Part shown: one piece after another, positions 56,487 to 64,000 of the stretch
Numbering within the stretch: position 1 is the first letter of the stretch
Layout: every line of letters begins with the position of its first letter
The notes under the pieces: model-generated
Told to the model about the DNA's origin: nothing
Database searches by the model: none
Seen by the model: only the letters and a program-made list of their open reading frames with translations
Assembly: GCA_026707285.1 (NCBI GenBank)
Contig: JAPOXD010000034.1
Location: forward strand, 3,807-67,806
Source: Chloroflexota bacterium
Lineage (GTDB): Bacteria > Chloroflexota > UBA11872
Reading direction: 5' to 3'
Length of the DNA stretch: 64,000 nt
Translations under genes and position numbers: made by a program

Positions 56487-57263
56487 TTACTCCGGATTGA
56501 ACCGACGCAGGCGGCCCGCCACCATCAGCGTCTCGACGAACATCGTGGCGGCGGTGGTCGGTCGGATTGTGCTCGGATATCGATCACGGACGATCACGGG
56601 CGCCTCCACGATGGTCCGGAACCCGAGTCGAATCGCCAGCGCCAGAGCCTCGATATCGAAGGCGAAGCCCGACGTGCGCACGTGCGGAAACACCTGCTCG
56701 ACGACCGGCGCGGCATAGATTTTCAGCCCAACCTGCGTGTCGCGCACGGCGAGACCGAAGAGCAAGCGCGTGAGCTGCCGGTAGCCCCAGCTATAGACGC
56801 GGCGCGCCAGCGGATATTCGACCACGGACTGGGCGTGCAGCTTTGATCCGACCACGATGTCCGCCCCCGTCTCGACGTGGAGCCGATAGGCCTCCACGAG
56901 GCACTGCGGGGGAATGTCGCCGCCGCCGTCGAGAAACGCCCGCGAGCGCCCGGCAACCGCCAGCAGCCCGCGGCGCACGGCCTCACCCTTGCCCGCGTTC
57001 CGCTCATGCACGGCGACGCGCAGCCGTTCGTGCTCGATTCTTGCGAGCGCTTCCGATGTGCCGTCCTCATCGCCGTCCACGACTACCAGCAACTCATAGC
57101 CGCAGCCAAGGCCGTCCAACGCCCGCAGAACCTCGCCGACCTGATGGCCGATGACGTCGGACTGCCGATAGGTCGGTATGACGACCGAGAGGTCGGGGAG
57201 CTTCTCGGTTGACGTGTCAACTTGCTCGGACGGATCGAGGGACGCGTCGGCCGTCATCACCAC
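56487..57263 (-). CDS. GT2 polyprenyl-phosphate glycosyltransferase (DPM1/GtrB/CsbB-like)
   Basis: 258 aa and soluble-sized. Has LSVVIPTYRQ...ELLVVVDGDEDGTSE, and DxD follows. Confidence 0.75.
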   Translation of the reverse strand: MVMTADASLDPSEQVDTSTEKLPDLSVVIPTYRQSDVIGHQVGEVLRALDGLGCGYELLVVVDGDEDGTSEALARIEHERLRVAVHERNAGKGEAVRRGLLAVAGRSRAFLDGGGDIPPQCLVEAYRLHVETGADIVVGSKLHAQSVVEYPLARRVYSWGYRQLTRLLFGLAVRDTQVGLKIYAAPVVEQVFPHVRTSGFAFDIEALALAIRLGFRTIVEAPVIVRDRYPSTIRPTTAATMFVETLMVAGRLRRFNPE

Positions 57264-57422
57264 TCCTGGCTCTGCGGGGGCATCCAGTTCAGCGCTGGAG
57301 GGTTTTCAACCATGTGGCGCGACGAAGCCCGAGAGCCGACTCTGATTCGACGGATGATACGCAACGGCCTCGGCAGCGGCGGGTCGTGATCGTCGACCTC
57401 CCGCCCCATCCCCAAGTCTCCG

Positions 57423-58760
57423 CTACGACTGGTTCTGGCCGTTGGGCGTCCGGAATCGCCATAGGACGCTGCCGGCGTTGTGCATGACGAGCCGGTCGTC
57501 GTCGATGACGTCGGGCGGAGCCGCTTCGATCTCGCGCGCCACCTGATCCGGGTCCTCGTAGCCCACGTCGAGAGCGCGGCATTCGTCGGGGGACATGCCG
57601 GTGGCCAGGCGAACGTGGATGCGCGGCGCTTCACGCCCGTCGATCATGGGCGCATCACCCTTGATCAACACGCCCAGGGTGAGCGCCAGGGGACTGACGC
57701 CGTGCGGCTGCCAGGCCTCGGGATGGGCCAGCAGGTAGGGCCACCCATGGAGTCCCACCTGGCGGATCGCGCGGCCGTGCGCCGCGGAGATCTCGCGCAC
57801 GCCGGGGGCATAGAGGATGAGCTCGCCGCCGTCGGCCACCGTGTCGTCGCCCCGAAAGACGCCCTTGGCGCCGGTCCAAAGCTCGGGATACATCCACGTG
57901 CCGTCGGGCAGGCGCGGCGTGGCCGCCACCGTGCGTGAGACACGGCGGGTGGTGTAGCGGATGTTGACCTCAGCGCTGAGCGCCGCCGCCGCGCGCGTGA
58001 CCTCGCGCCATCCGTCGGGCTGCACGAACACGCCGCGCGTGGATCCCGAGGCGTCGTCGACCACCAGGGCGATGGTGGTGAGGGGAACCGGAACTTTGCT
58101 GGTCATGTCGTCGATCAGCTCGCGCACGGGGTTGTCGAGCACGCCTTGAATGGCCCGCGCGCCTCGCAAGCTGCCGATGGTGTGGAGCAGGTTGATCATC
58201 TCGGGTCCCGAAACGCCAGGGAAGATCTGCTTGGCGCCTCCGGCGAAGCCCGCTCCCTCGTGCGGCTGCACGCGCGTGATCAGGACGACGCGGTCGTAGT
58301 CGAGCAGCCGGCGGTTGATCCGCACCGGCATGTCGCTGTCGAATCCCAGCCCGGGCGCGAGATCCCCGTAGTCGCCGAAACGGGCCTGCTGTTCGGCCAG
58401 CGACACGGAGCCGATTTCGACCAGGGCGTCCGCCCGCGCCCACTCGTGGTCGAGGATGGGGACCGCGGGATAGGCATCGCCGCCGAATACCCACTGCCGC
58501 TTGGCGGCTTCGGGCATCGAGGCGTGGGTGCCCTGCGCGATCATGACGTCAACCGCGGCAGCACGCCCCTGGAGCGCCTGCCAGACGGCCCGAAACGTTT
58601 GGCTGACGGGGATCTTGCGGGTGTCGTCGGGCGCCAGCACCAGCACCCGGGACGCATCGAGCGGGAGCTCGGACAGCGCATCGGCGATCACGGTCGCGGC
58701 GTCTGAGGCCGTGACGGCGGGCGACGCCTCGGCCTGGAGCACCTGGGATCGGACGTTCAT
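57423..58760 (-). CDS. LarA-like (DUF2088, lactate-racemase-fold) protein
   Basis: 445 aa. Its ATG overlaps the pepF stop (ATGA at 58757-58760). Confidence 0.5.
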   Translation of the reverse strand: MNVRSQVLQAEASPAVTASDAATVIADALSELPLDASRVLVLAPDDTRKIPVSQTFRAVWQALQGRAAAVDVMIAQGTHASMPEAAKRQWVFGGDAYPAVPILDHEWARADALVEIGSVSLAEQQARFGDYGDLAPGLGFDSDMPVRINRRLLDYDRVVLITRVQPHEGAGFAGGAKQIFPGVSGPEMINLLHTIGSLRGARAIQGVLDNPVRELIDDMTSKVPVPLTTIALVVDDASGSTRGVFVQPDGWREVTRAAAALSAEVNIRYTTRRVSRTVAATPRLPDGTWMYPELWTGAKGVFRGDDTVADGGELILYAPGVREISAAHGRAIRQVGLHGWPYLLAHPEAWQPHGVSPLALTLGVLIKGDAPMIDGREAPRIHVRLATGMSPDECRALDVGYEDPDQVAREIEAAPPDVIDDDRLVMHNAGSVLWRFRTPNGQNQS

Positions 58761-60559
58761 GCGTCTCGGGAGGCCAGCGCCTCAGCCTGAGCCACCATGT
58801 CGGCCAATATTGCCACCCCACCCGACCAGAAGCCTGGGTCGTTCAGATCGATGCCCATCGGACGGACCAATGCCTCGGGCGAGACCGAGCCGCCGCGGCT
58901 CAGCATCTCGGTGTAAGCCGGCGCGAAGGCGTCCCCGCGCTCGTCGTAGACCTGGAGCAGCGCCAGGACGAGCAGTTCGCCGAACGCGTAGGCGTAGACG
59001 TAGAACGGCGAGTGCACGAAGTGCGGGATGTAGCTCCACCAGGTGCGGTAATCGTCGGTGAGGGTGACCGCGTCGCCGTGCATCGGCGCGTTGGCCTCGA
59101 TCCACAGCTCGCTCAGGCGCTCCGCGGGCAGCTCCCCCTCGTCGCGGCGGGCCGCGTGGGCGGACTCCTCAAAACGGTGCATGACAATCTGCCGGAACAC
59201 GGTGGCGAAGCTGTCCTCGATCTTGCTCGCCAGCAACGACAGGCGCGCCTGGCCGGACGGCTGGGCCTCCAGCAGACGGCGAAAGACCAGCATCTCCCCG
59301 AACACCGAGGCGGTTTCGGCGGTGGTTAAGGGCGTGTGCGCCTGCAGATAGCCCACGTCGCGCGACAGGAACTGGTGTGCGGCATGGCCCAGTTCGTGGG
59401 CGACGGTCATGACGTCCCGGATGCGATCGGTGTAGTTGCAGAGCACGTAGGGGTGGGTCTGCGTGGTCGACCCGGCGCTGAATGCTCCGCCGCGTTTGCC
59501 GAGGCGCAACTCCGCGTCGATCCAGCGCTCCTCGAACGCCCGCGACGCGATGCGGCCAAGCGTCTCCGAGAATGCGGCGTAGCTATCAACCACGATCTCG
59601 CGGCAACGGTCCCACGCGTAGACGGTGTCGTCGGCCCTGATGGGCGCGTAGCGGTCGTAGTCGAAGAGCTCGTCCAGGCCGAGCAGGCGCCGCTTGAGGC
59701 GGTAGTACCGCTGCACGATGCCGAATCCGGCCTCGCAGGCGGCCACCAGCGCCTCGACGGCGGCCGGCTCGATCTCGTTGGCCAGGTTGCGGGCAGCGAT
59801 GGGCGTCGGATAGTGCCGCAGCCGGTCGTCGATGGCGTGATCCTGCAAGCGAACGTTGAACACGTAGGTGAGCGGATGCTGCTGGGCCGCCAGCGCGGCG
59901 GTGAGTCCGACGGCGGCGCTGCGGCGGGTGTCGCGGTTGGGGTTGTAGAGCTGGGCCAGGGTTTCGGCTTCGGTCAGGGTGCGCCGCTCGCCGTCGATTT
60001 CCACCTCGCAGGTGATGCGGCTGGTGATTTCGTCGAACAGGCGCGACCACGAGCGCGATCCGGTGTTGGCCTTCTCATCCATCACCTGCTCTTCGCCTTC
60101 GGCCAGGCGATGCGGCTTGGTGCGGCGCTCGCGCTCGAGGAGATAAGCGAACTCAGCCAATTGCGGGTCCGCCATCAACTCGGCGGCACGGTCGTCTTCG
60201 AGGTGCACCCACTCGAGGTCGAAGAAGATGAGGTGCCGGCGAATCTCGGTGCTGCGCGCCTGGGTGCTGTTGAGCAGCCGTCCGGCGGCCGGGTCGTCGC
60301 TGTGGGCCGCGTGCTGCAGATGCGCAAAGATCACCGGCGCGTCCATGAGCTCGTAGATGTCTTCAAGCTCCTGGAGAGCCTCGCGAAGGCCGGAGGCGGA
60401 CAGCTCCCCAAGTTTTCCCCGATAGCGGGTGGCGAAGTCCTGGGCGCGGGTGTCGGCGGCCTCGTGGTCGCGCTCGATGCGTGGATCGTCGAGTCCGGCG
60501 TAGAGCGCGGAAAGATCCCAGACGACGCCGTCGGCGGAACTGGATGGCGCGACGGTCAT
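58757..60559 (-). CDS. pepF: M3-family oligoendopeptidase (PepF-like)
   Basis: Start at MTVAPSSS; the ORF track has an artefactual 73-aa extension. The zinc motif is HELGH. Its ATG overlaps the proS stop (ATGA at 60557-60561). Confidence 0.8.
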   Translation of the reverse strand: MTVAPSSSADGVVWDLSALYAGLDDPRIERDHEAADTRAQDFATRYRGKLGELSASGLREALQELEDIYELMDAPVIFAHLQHAAHSDDPAAGRLLNSTQARSTEIRRHLIFFDLEWVHLEDDRAAELMADPQLAEFAYLLERERRTKPHRLAEGEEQVMDEKANTGSRSWSRLFDEITSRITCEVEIDGERRTLTEAETLAQLYNPNRDTRRSAAVGLTAALAAQQHPLTYVFNVRLQDHAIDDRLRHYPTPIAARNLANEIEPAAVEALVAACEAGFGIVQRYYRLKRRLLGLDELFDYDRYAPIRADDTVYAWDRCREIVVDSYAAFSETLGRIASRAFEERWIDAELRLGKRGGAFSAGSTTQTHPYVLCNYTDRIRDVMTVAHELGHAAHQFLSRDVGYLQAHTPLTTAETASVFGEMLVFRRLLEAQPSGQARLSLLASKIEDSFATVFRQIVMHRFEESAHAARRDEGELPAERLSELWIEANAPMHGDAVTLTDDYRTWWSYIPHFVHSPFYVYAYAFGELLVLALLQVYDERGDAFAPAYTEMLSRGGSVSPEALVRPMGIDLNDPGFWSGGVAILADMVAQAEALASRDA

Positions 60560-62349
60560 CACGTGCCCTTCAACGGGTCGTGCGAATTGGCCATGGCTGC
60601 TGTCTCCACCGGGAGCAATCCAACCGGGGCGTCCGGGCTGAGCGCGGCCAGCAGCGCGTCGTGCTCCGCCACGACCCTGGCGACTGCCTCCGCGGACGCC
60701 ACCTGCTCTCGCGGATCTTGGTGCCGCATCTTGATTTCGACGGCGTCTGCCCGCACGGTGCGGCGGCTGACCGTGCACCGAATGGGAATCCCCAGGAGGT
60801 CGGCGTCGTTGAACTTGACCCCCGCGCTCTCATCACGGTCGTCGACCAGCACCGAAAGGCCCGCAGCTTCAAGATCCTGGGCCAGGCGCTCGGCGGCCTG
60901 TGTCACCTCGTCGGCCTGGCCCAGCTGCACGACGTGCACGTTATAGGGAGCCACGCTGGCGGGCCAGATGATCCCATCTTCGTCGTGGTGGAGCTCCACG
61001 ATGGCCGCCGCGAGCCGCGTGATGCCAATGCCGTAGGACCCCATCACGATTGGTTGGGGCGACCCACCCTCGGATAGGTAGGTGGCATTGAGCTTGCCGC
61101 TGTAGTAGGCGCCGAACTTGAACGTGTTGCCGATTTCGATGCCGGTGCGGAGTTCGAGGGCCGTGCCGCACCTGGGGCACGGATCACCGGCGGCGACGTC
61201 GGCGATGTCTTCGACGAGATCAGCGTTGAAGTCGCGCGGGAAGTTCACGTTCACGAGGTGCGCGCCGGGCATATTGGCCCCAGCAACCAGGTTGGCCGCG
61301 CACTCCACCGAGCGATCCACGACGACCAGAACCTCGTCGAGGCCCACCGGCGAGGCGTAGCCCGGCACGAGGCCGGCGGCGGTCAATTCCTGATCGGCCG
61401 CGAGTCGAATGTCGGGCGCGCGCAGCGCCCGGCGCAGCTTGGCTTCGTTGACGTCCAGATCGCCGCGAATGGCCACAAACGCAATCTGCTCGCCGGTCCA
61501 ATAGAACACAGCCTTGAGCGTCCGCTGCGTCGGGATGCCGAGATAGCCCGCCACGGCGGCGATGGTCTCCTGCCCGGGGGTCTCGACCTTCTCCATGGGA
61601 AGCGGCTCGGCGTCGTCCGGCTCGGGCGGCTGCGTGGTCGCCACCTCCTGGTTCGCCCCGTAGTCGCCGGTGGGACACACCACGATCGTGTCTTCGCCCG
61701 CGGAGGTCAGAGCGTGAAACTCGTCCGCGTCCGAACCTCCCATCGCGCCGGCGTCCGACTCGACGACCAGCGGCTCGATCCCGCAGCGGCGGAACGCGCG
61801 CACGTAGGCCGTGACGAACTGCCGGTAGGTCGCGTCCAGGCTCTCCGGCGACGGGTCGAAGGTGTAGGCGTCCTTCATGGTGAACTCGCGGGTCCGCAGC
61901 AGGCCGCCACGGGGGCGAGGCTCGTCGCGGAACTTCGTTTGAAAGTGGTAGACGCTGACGGGGAGCTGGCGATAGGAACCCACGAGTCGCGCGGCGAGGT
62001 CGAGGGCGATCTCCTCATGGGTGAGGGCCAGCACCATGTTGCGTTCGGCGCGATCCTTGAATCGCACGAGCTCAGGCCCGAGCGAGGCGAAGCGGCCGGT
62101 GCGCTCCCACAATGTGGACGGATGCACCACGGGCATGAGGAGCTCTTGGCAGCCGACGGCGTCCATTTCTTCGCGGACGACCTGCTCGATTCGTCGCAAG
62201 GTGCGCCAGCCCAACGGCAGATAGCTGAAGATTCCGGCGCCGAGAGGACGGATGAATGCGCCGCGCACCATGAGCCGGTGGGACGCGATGGTGGCGTCGG
62301 CGGGGTCTTCACGCAGGGTGCGACCGAAGAGCGAGGACAAACGTTGCAC
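60559..62349 (-). CDS. proS: proline--tRNA ligase (bacterial type with INS editing domain)
   Basis: 596 aa with class II aaRS motifs and a ProRS-specific N-terminus (FGRTLREDPADATIASHRLMVRGAFIRPLGAGIFSYLPLG). Confidence 0.9.
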   Translation of the reverse strand: MQRLSSLFGRTLREDPADATIASHRLMVRGAFIRPLGAGIFSYLPLGWRTLRRIEQVVREEMDAVGCQELLMPVVHPSTLWERTGRFASLGPELVRFKDRAERNMVLALTHEEIALDLAARLVGSYRQLPVSVYHFQTKFRDEPRPRGGLLRTREFTMKDAYTFDPSPESLDATYRQFVTAYVRAFRRCGIEPLVVESDAGAMGGSDADEFHALTSAGEDTIVVCPTGDYGANQEVATTQPPEPDDAEPLPMEKVETPGQETIAAVAGYLGIPTQRTLKAVFYWTGEQIAFVAIRGDLDVNEAKLRRALRAPDIRLAADQELTAAGLVPGYASPVGLDEVLVVVDRSVECAANLVAGANMPGAHLVNVNFPRDFNADLVEDIADVAAGDPCPRCGTALELRTGIEIGNTFKFGAYYSGKLNATYLSEGGSPQPIVMGSYGIGITRLAAAIVELHHDEDGIIWPASVAPYNVHVVQLGQADEVTQAAERLAQDLEAAGLSVLVDDRDESAGVKFNDADLLGIPIRCTVSRRTVRADAVEIKMRHQDPREQVASAEAVARVVAEHDALLAALSPDAPVGLLPVETAAMANSHDPLKGT

Positions 62350-62396
62350 GGACGGCCTCAGACGACCTCAAGCAGCCGCTCAGTGTATCGGCCAGC

Positions 62397-63017
62397 TCAG
62401 ATCACGTAGTCGGGCGGGTCGCGCCGCTCGCCAAGCTGACGGATCGGCTGCCGTCGAACCGGCTCGCCACGACGCTCCACGTAGCTTGCGCGAGGGCCGA
62501 CGACCGTGGAGCCGGGGGGCACGTCCTCGGTGACGATGGCCAGCGCGCCAATGCGGCTGCCGGCGCCGATGGTGACCGGGCCAAGGATGCTGGCCCCGAC
62601 GCCGATGGTCACGCCGTCCTCGACGATCGGGTGCCGCCGCATGCCGCCGACACCGTCGTCACGCCACCACCCGGTGGCGCCCAAGGTCACCTGGTGGTAC
62701 AGCATGACGTCGTCGCCCACGCGCGCGGTCTCACCAATCACCACACCCGAGCCGTGGTCGATAAAGAAGCGGCGCCCGATTCGGGCGCCCGGGTGAATCT
62801 CGATGCCTCCGGTCGCCAGCCGCGCGAACTGACTGACGGCGCGGGGCAGGACGGGCACGCCCCGCATATAGAGCCAATGGGCAATGCGATGGAAGAAGAG
62901 CGCGTGCACGCTGGGATAGAGCAAGACCTCCAGCACGTTCCTGGCGGCGGGGTCCTTGTCGAGCACGACGCGCATCCACTCCGGCCCGCGGCGTTTCCCG
63001 GCCGCGGCATCCGGCAT
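62397..63017 (-). CDS. cysE: serine O-acetyltransferase
   Basis: Start at MPDAAAGK. Has left-handed beta-helix hexapeptide repeats and the conserved SAT N-terminus ([18 protein letters not shown]...IHPGARIG). Confidence 0.8.
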   Translation of the reverse strand: MPDAAAGKRRGPEWMRVVLDKDPAARNVLEVLLYPSVHALFFHRIAHWLYMRGVPVLPRAVSQFARLATGGIEIHPGARIGRRFFIDHGSGVVIGETARVGDDVMLYHQVTLGATGWWRDDGVGGMRRHPIVEDGVTIGVGASILGPVTIGAGSRIGALAIVTEDVPPGSTVVGPRASYVERRGEPVRRQPIRQLGERRDPPDYVI

Positions 63018-63445
63018 CTCGCCCGCGCCGCCGTTTCTTGGGTCGATGCTCCAATCCCCCCTCGAACGCGCGAGGAGCGCCCATCCCGAAGGACGGGCGC
63101 TCCCGTGATTCCACCTTCCTGCGCTGCGGCCTCGCGGCACGCAACCTCAGCGGGTGCCAAGGCACCCAAGCCCGTTACCGGGGGCCAACCGGCTCGGCCT
63201 ACCCACGCCATTGCTTCGGCCGAGCGGCTCACGAGGGCAATTCACCGTCCGACGCGCACCGGCCTCGCACCGCCGCCGGCTCGCTGTCCGCGTGAAGGAC
63301 GGCTACTGGTCTCGCTCAGCGCCGCACACTTGCTTGTTCCCCGTACTTACGCCGCGAAGGCGCGGATGTCAACCGTGAGGCCGCGAATTTCGGCGAATGG
63401 GCTGCGTAGAATGCTCAACATGGGCAGCTTGGCGCCGACGCAGCT

Positions 63446-64000
63446 ATGACGGCCACCGATCCGAGCGGGGGAGGCTCAGCCCCCCGACCGACCTCCGGCG
63501 ACGCGGAGCCGCCGAATGTCCCCGGAACGATTGAACGGCTGGCGGACATGGGGCCCATCGCGTCCGAGGCGAAAGGGTCGACGGCTGCTTCACCAGATCT
63601 CGATCGCCCACTGACGCTGGCGGAGACCTGGAGCGACTTCGCGGGGTGGCTGCAGAGCACGCGTTGGCAGCGCCCCATTGCCGCAATCGCGCTCCTCGTC
63701 GCGGGCGCCCTGGCGTGGGCCGTGATTTCGGCAGTCGTGCCCTGGCCGGAGGGAATCCCTGGAACCGTGCAGCGCGTGCTGGCCATGGACGTTGGCTGGG
63801 CGCCGCTGCCGATTCCGGACGATCCGCGTCTCGGCGCCGATCTGAGCCTTATGACCGCGGCCTGGGTGGGGGCGCCGTTGGTCTTGAGCGCGTTCTGGTT
63901 CGCGGCGGCGTATCACCTGGATCGCGAGAGTCGCCGTGCGTTCGGCGTGAGCCGCATCCCCGGCGTGCGGCATTCGACCGGCTATACGGCCATGGCCGTG
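63446..64000 (+). CDS. hypothetical membrane protein, 5' fragment (runs off window end)
   Basis: Open frame from the ATG at 63446 to the window end with GC3-rich codon usage. A hydrophobic segment is IAAIALLVAGALAWAVISAVV. Confidence 0.35.
   Translation, partial: MTATDPSGGGSAPRPTSGDAEPPNVPGTIERLADMGPIASEAKGSTAASPDLDRPLTLAETWSDFAGWLQSTRWQRPIAAIALLVAGALAWAVISAVVPWPEGIPGTVQRVLAMDVGWAPLPIPDDPRLGADLSLMTAAWVGAPLVLSAFWFAAAYHLDRESRRAFGVSRIPGVRHSTGYTAMAV

Noticed and set aside
63018-63445. Possible T-box or riboswitch leader upstream of cysE
   Set aside because: I could not find the conserved T-box sequence (AGGGTGGNACCGCG) or SAM-riboswitch helices on the minus strand. It is most likely just a promoter or UTR.
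59336-63449. Plus-strand ORFs 59336..60946, 61258..62409 and 62631..63449 opposite pepF, proS and cysE
   Set aside because: Antisense to genes with unmistakable signatures (HELGH, class II aaRS, hexapeptide repeats).
1-64000. CRISPR arrays, insertion sequences, integrases, phage genes, defence-system ATPases or nucleases
   Set aside because: None detected. There are no regularly spaced direct repeats, no transposase-like or recombinase-like ORFs, and no Walker-motif or nuclease ORFs outside annotated metabolic genes. The only toxin-like gene is the PIN domain of the TA pair.

Overview
This is a high-GC (roughly 70%) bacterial chromosomal segment. Genes are densely packed, and many pairs are translationally coupled through ATGA or GTGA start/stop overlaps. 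No rRNA, tRNA, CRISPR, transposase or integrase was found. The window divides into two parts.

Positions 1-21.2 kb hold ordinary accessory metabolism. There are five paralogous PhyH-family Fe(II)/2-oxoglutarate dioxygenases in two clusters. Other genes encode an RraA-like protein, a sugar-phosphate isomerase, an MDR oxidoreductase, an APH-like kinase, a cupin plus Gfo/Idh/MocA pair, an AbrB-type antitoxin with a PIN toxin, a BNR-repeat protein split by a frameshift, an ABC substrate-binding lipoprotein, a HAD hydrolase, two VOC proteins, a YdeI-like protein, a DUF3500 lipoprotein, and a beta-carbonic anhydrase plus SulP/STAS transporter pair flanked by AT-rich spacers. Two families of small palindromic REP-like repeats sit in the intergenic gaps.

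Positions 21.3-57.3 kb form one very large cell-envelope glycan assembly island, which I take to be the interesting system. It contains six large polytopic membrane proteins, about 13 TM helices followed by a big extracytoplasmic domain and a C-terminal TM anchor, with an acidic first loop as in GT-C glycosyltransferases. Four belong to family A (one of them distant) and two are 1175-aa tandem paralogs of family B. Each is translationally coupled to, or sits beside, a member of a conserved family of small membrane-anchored companion proteins. Embedded among them are three GT4 and three GT2 glycosyltransferases (one DPM1/GtrB-like), a Wzx-like flippase, a NodU/CmcH carbamoyltransferase, two methyltransferases, a B12-binding radical SAM enzyme with an atypical Cys motif, and a YbdK-type ligase. 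Two family-A genes share a near-identical ~400-bp 3' block and a truncated companion remnant, which points to recent duplication or gene conversion.

The window ends with proS, pepF, a LarA-like gene and cysE.

All functional calls come from reading the translations for motifs and architecture. No database search was possible.
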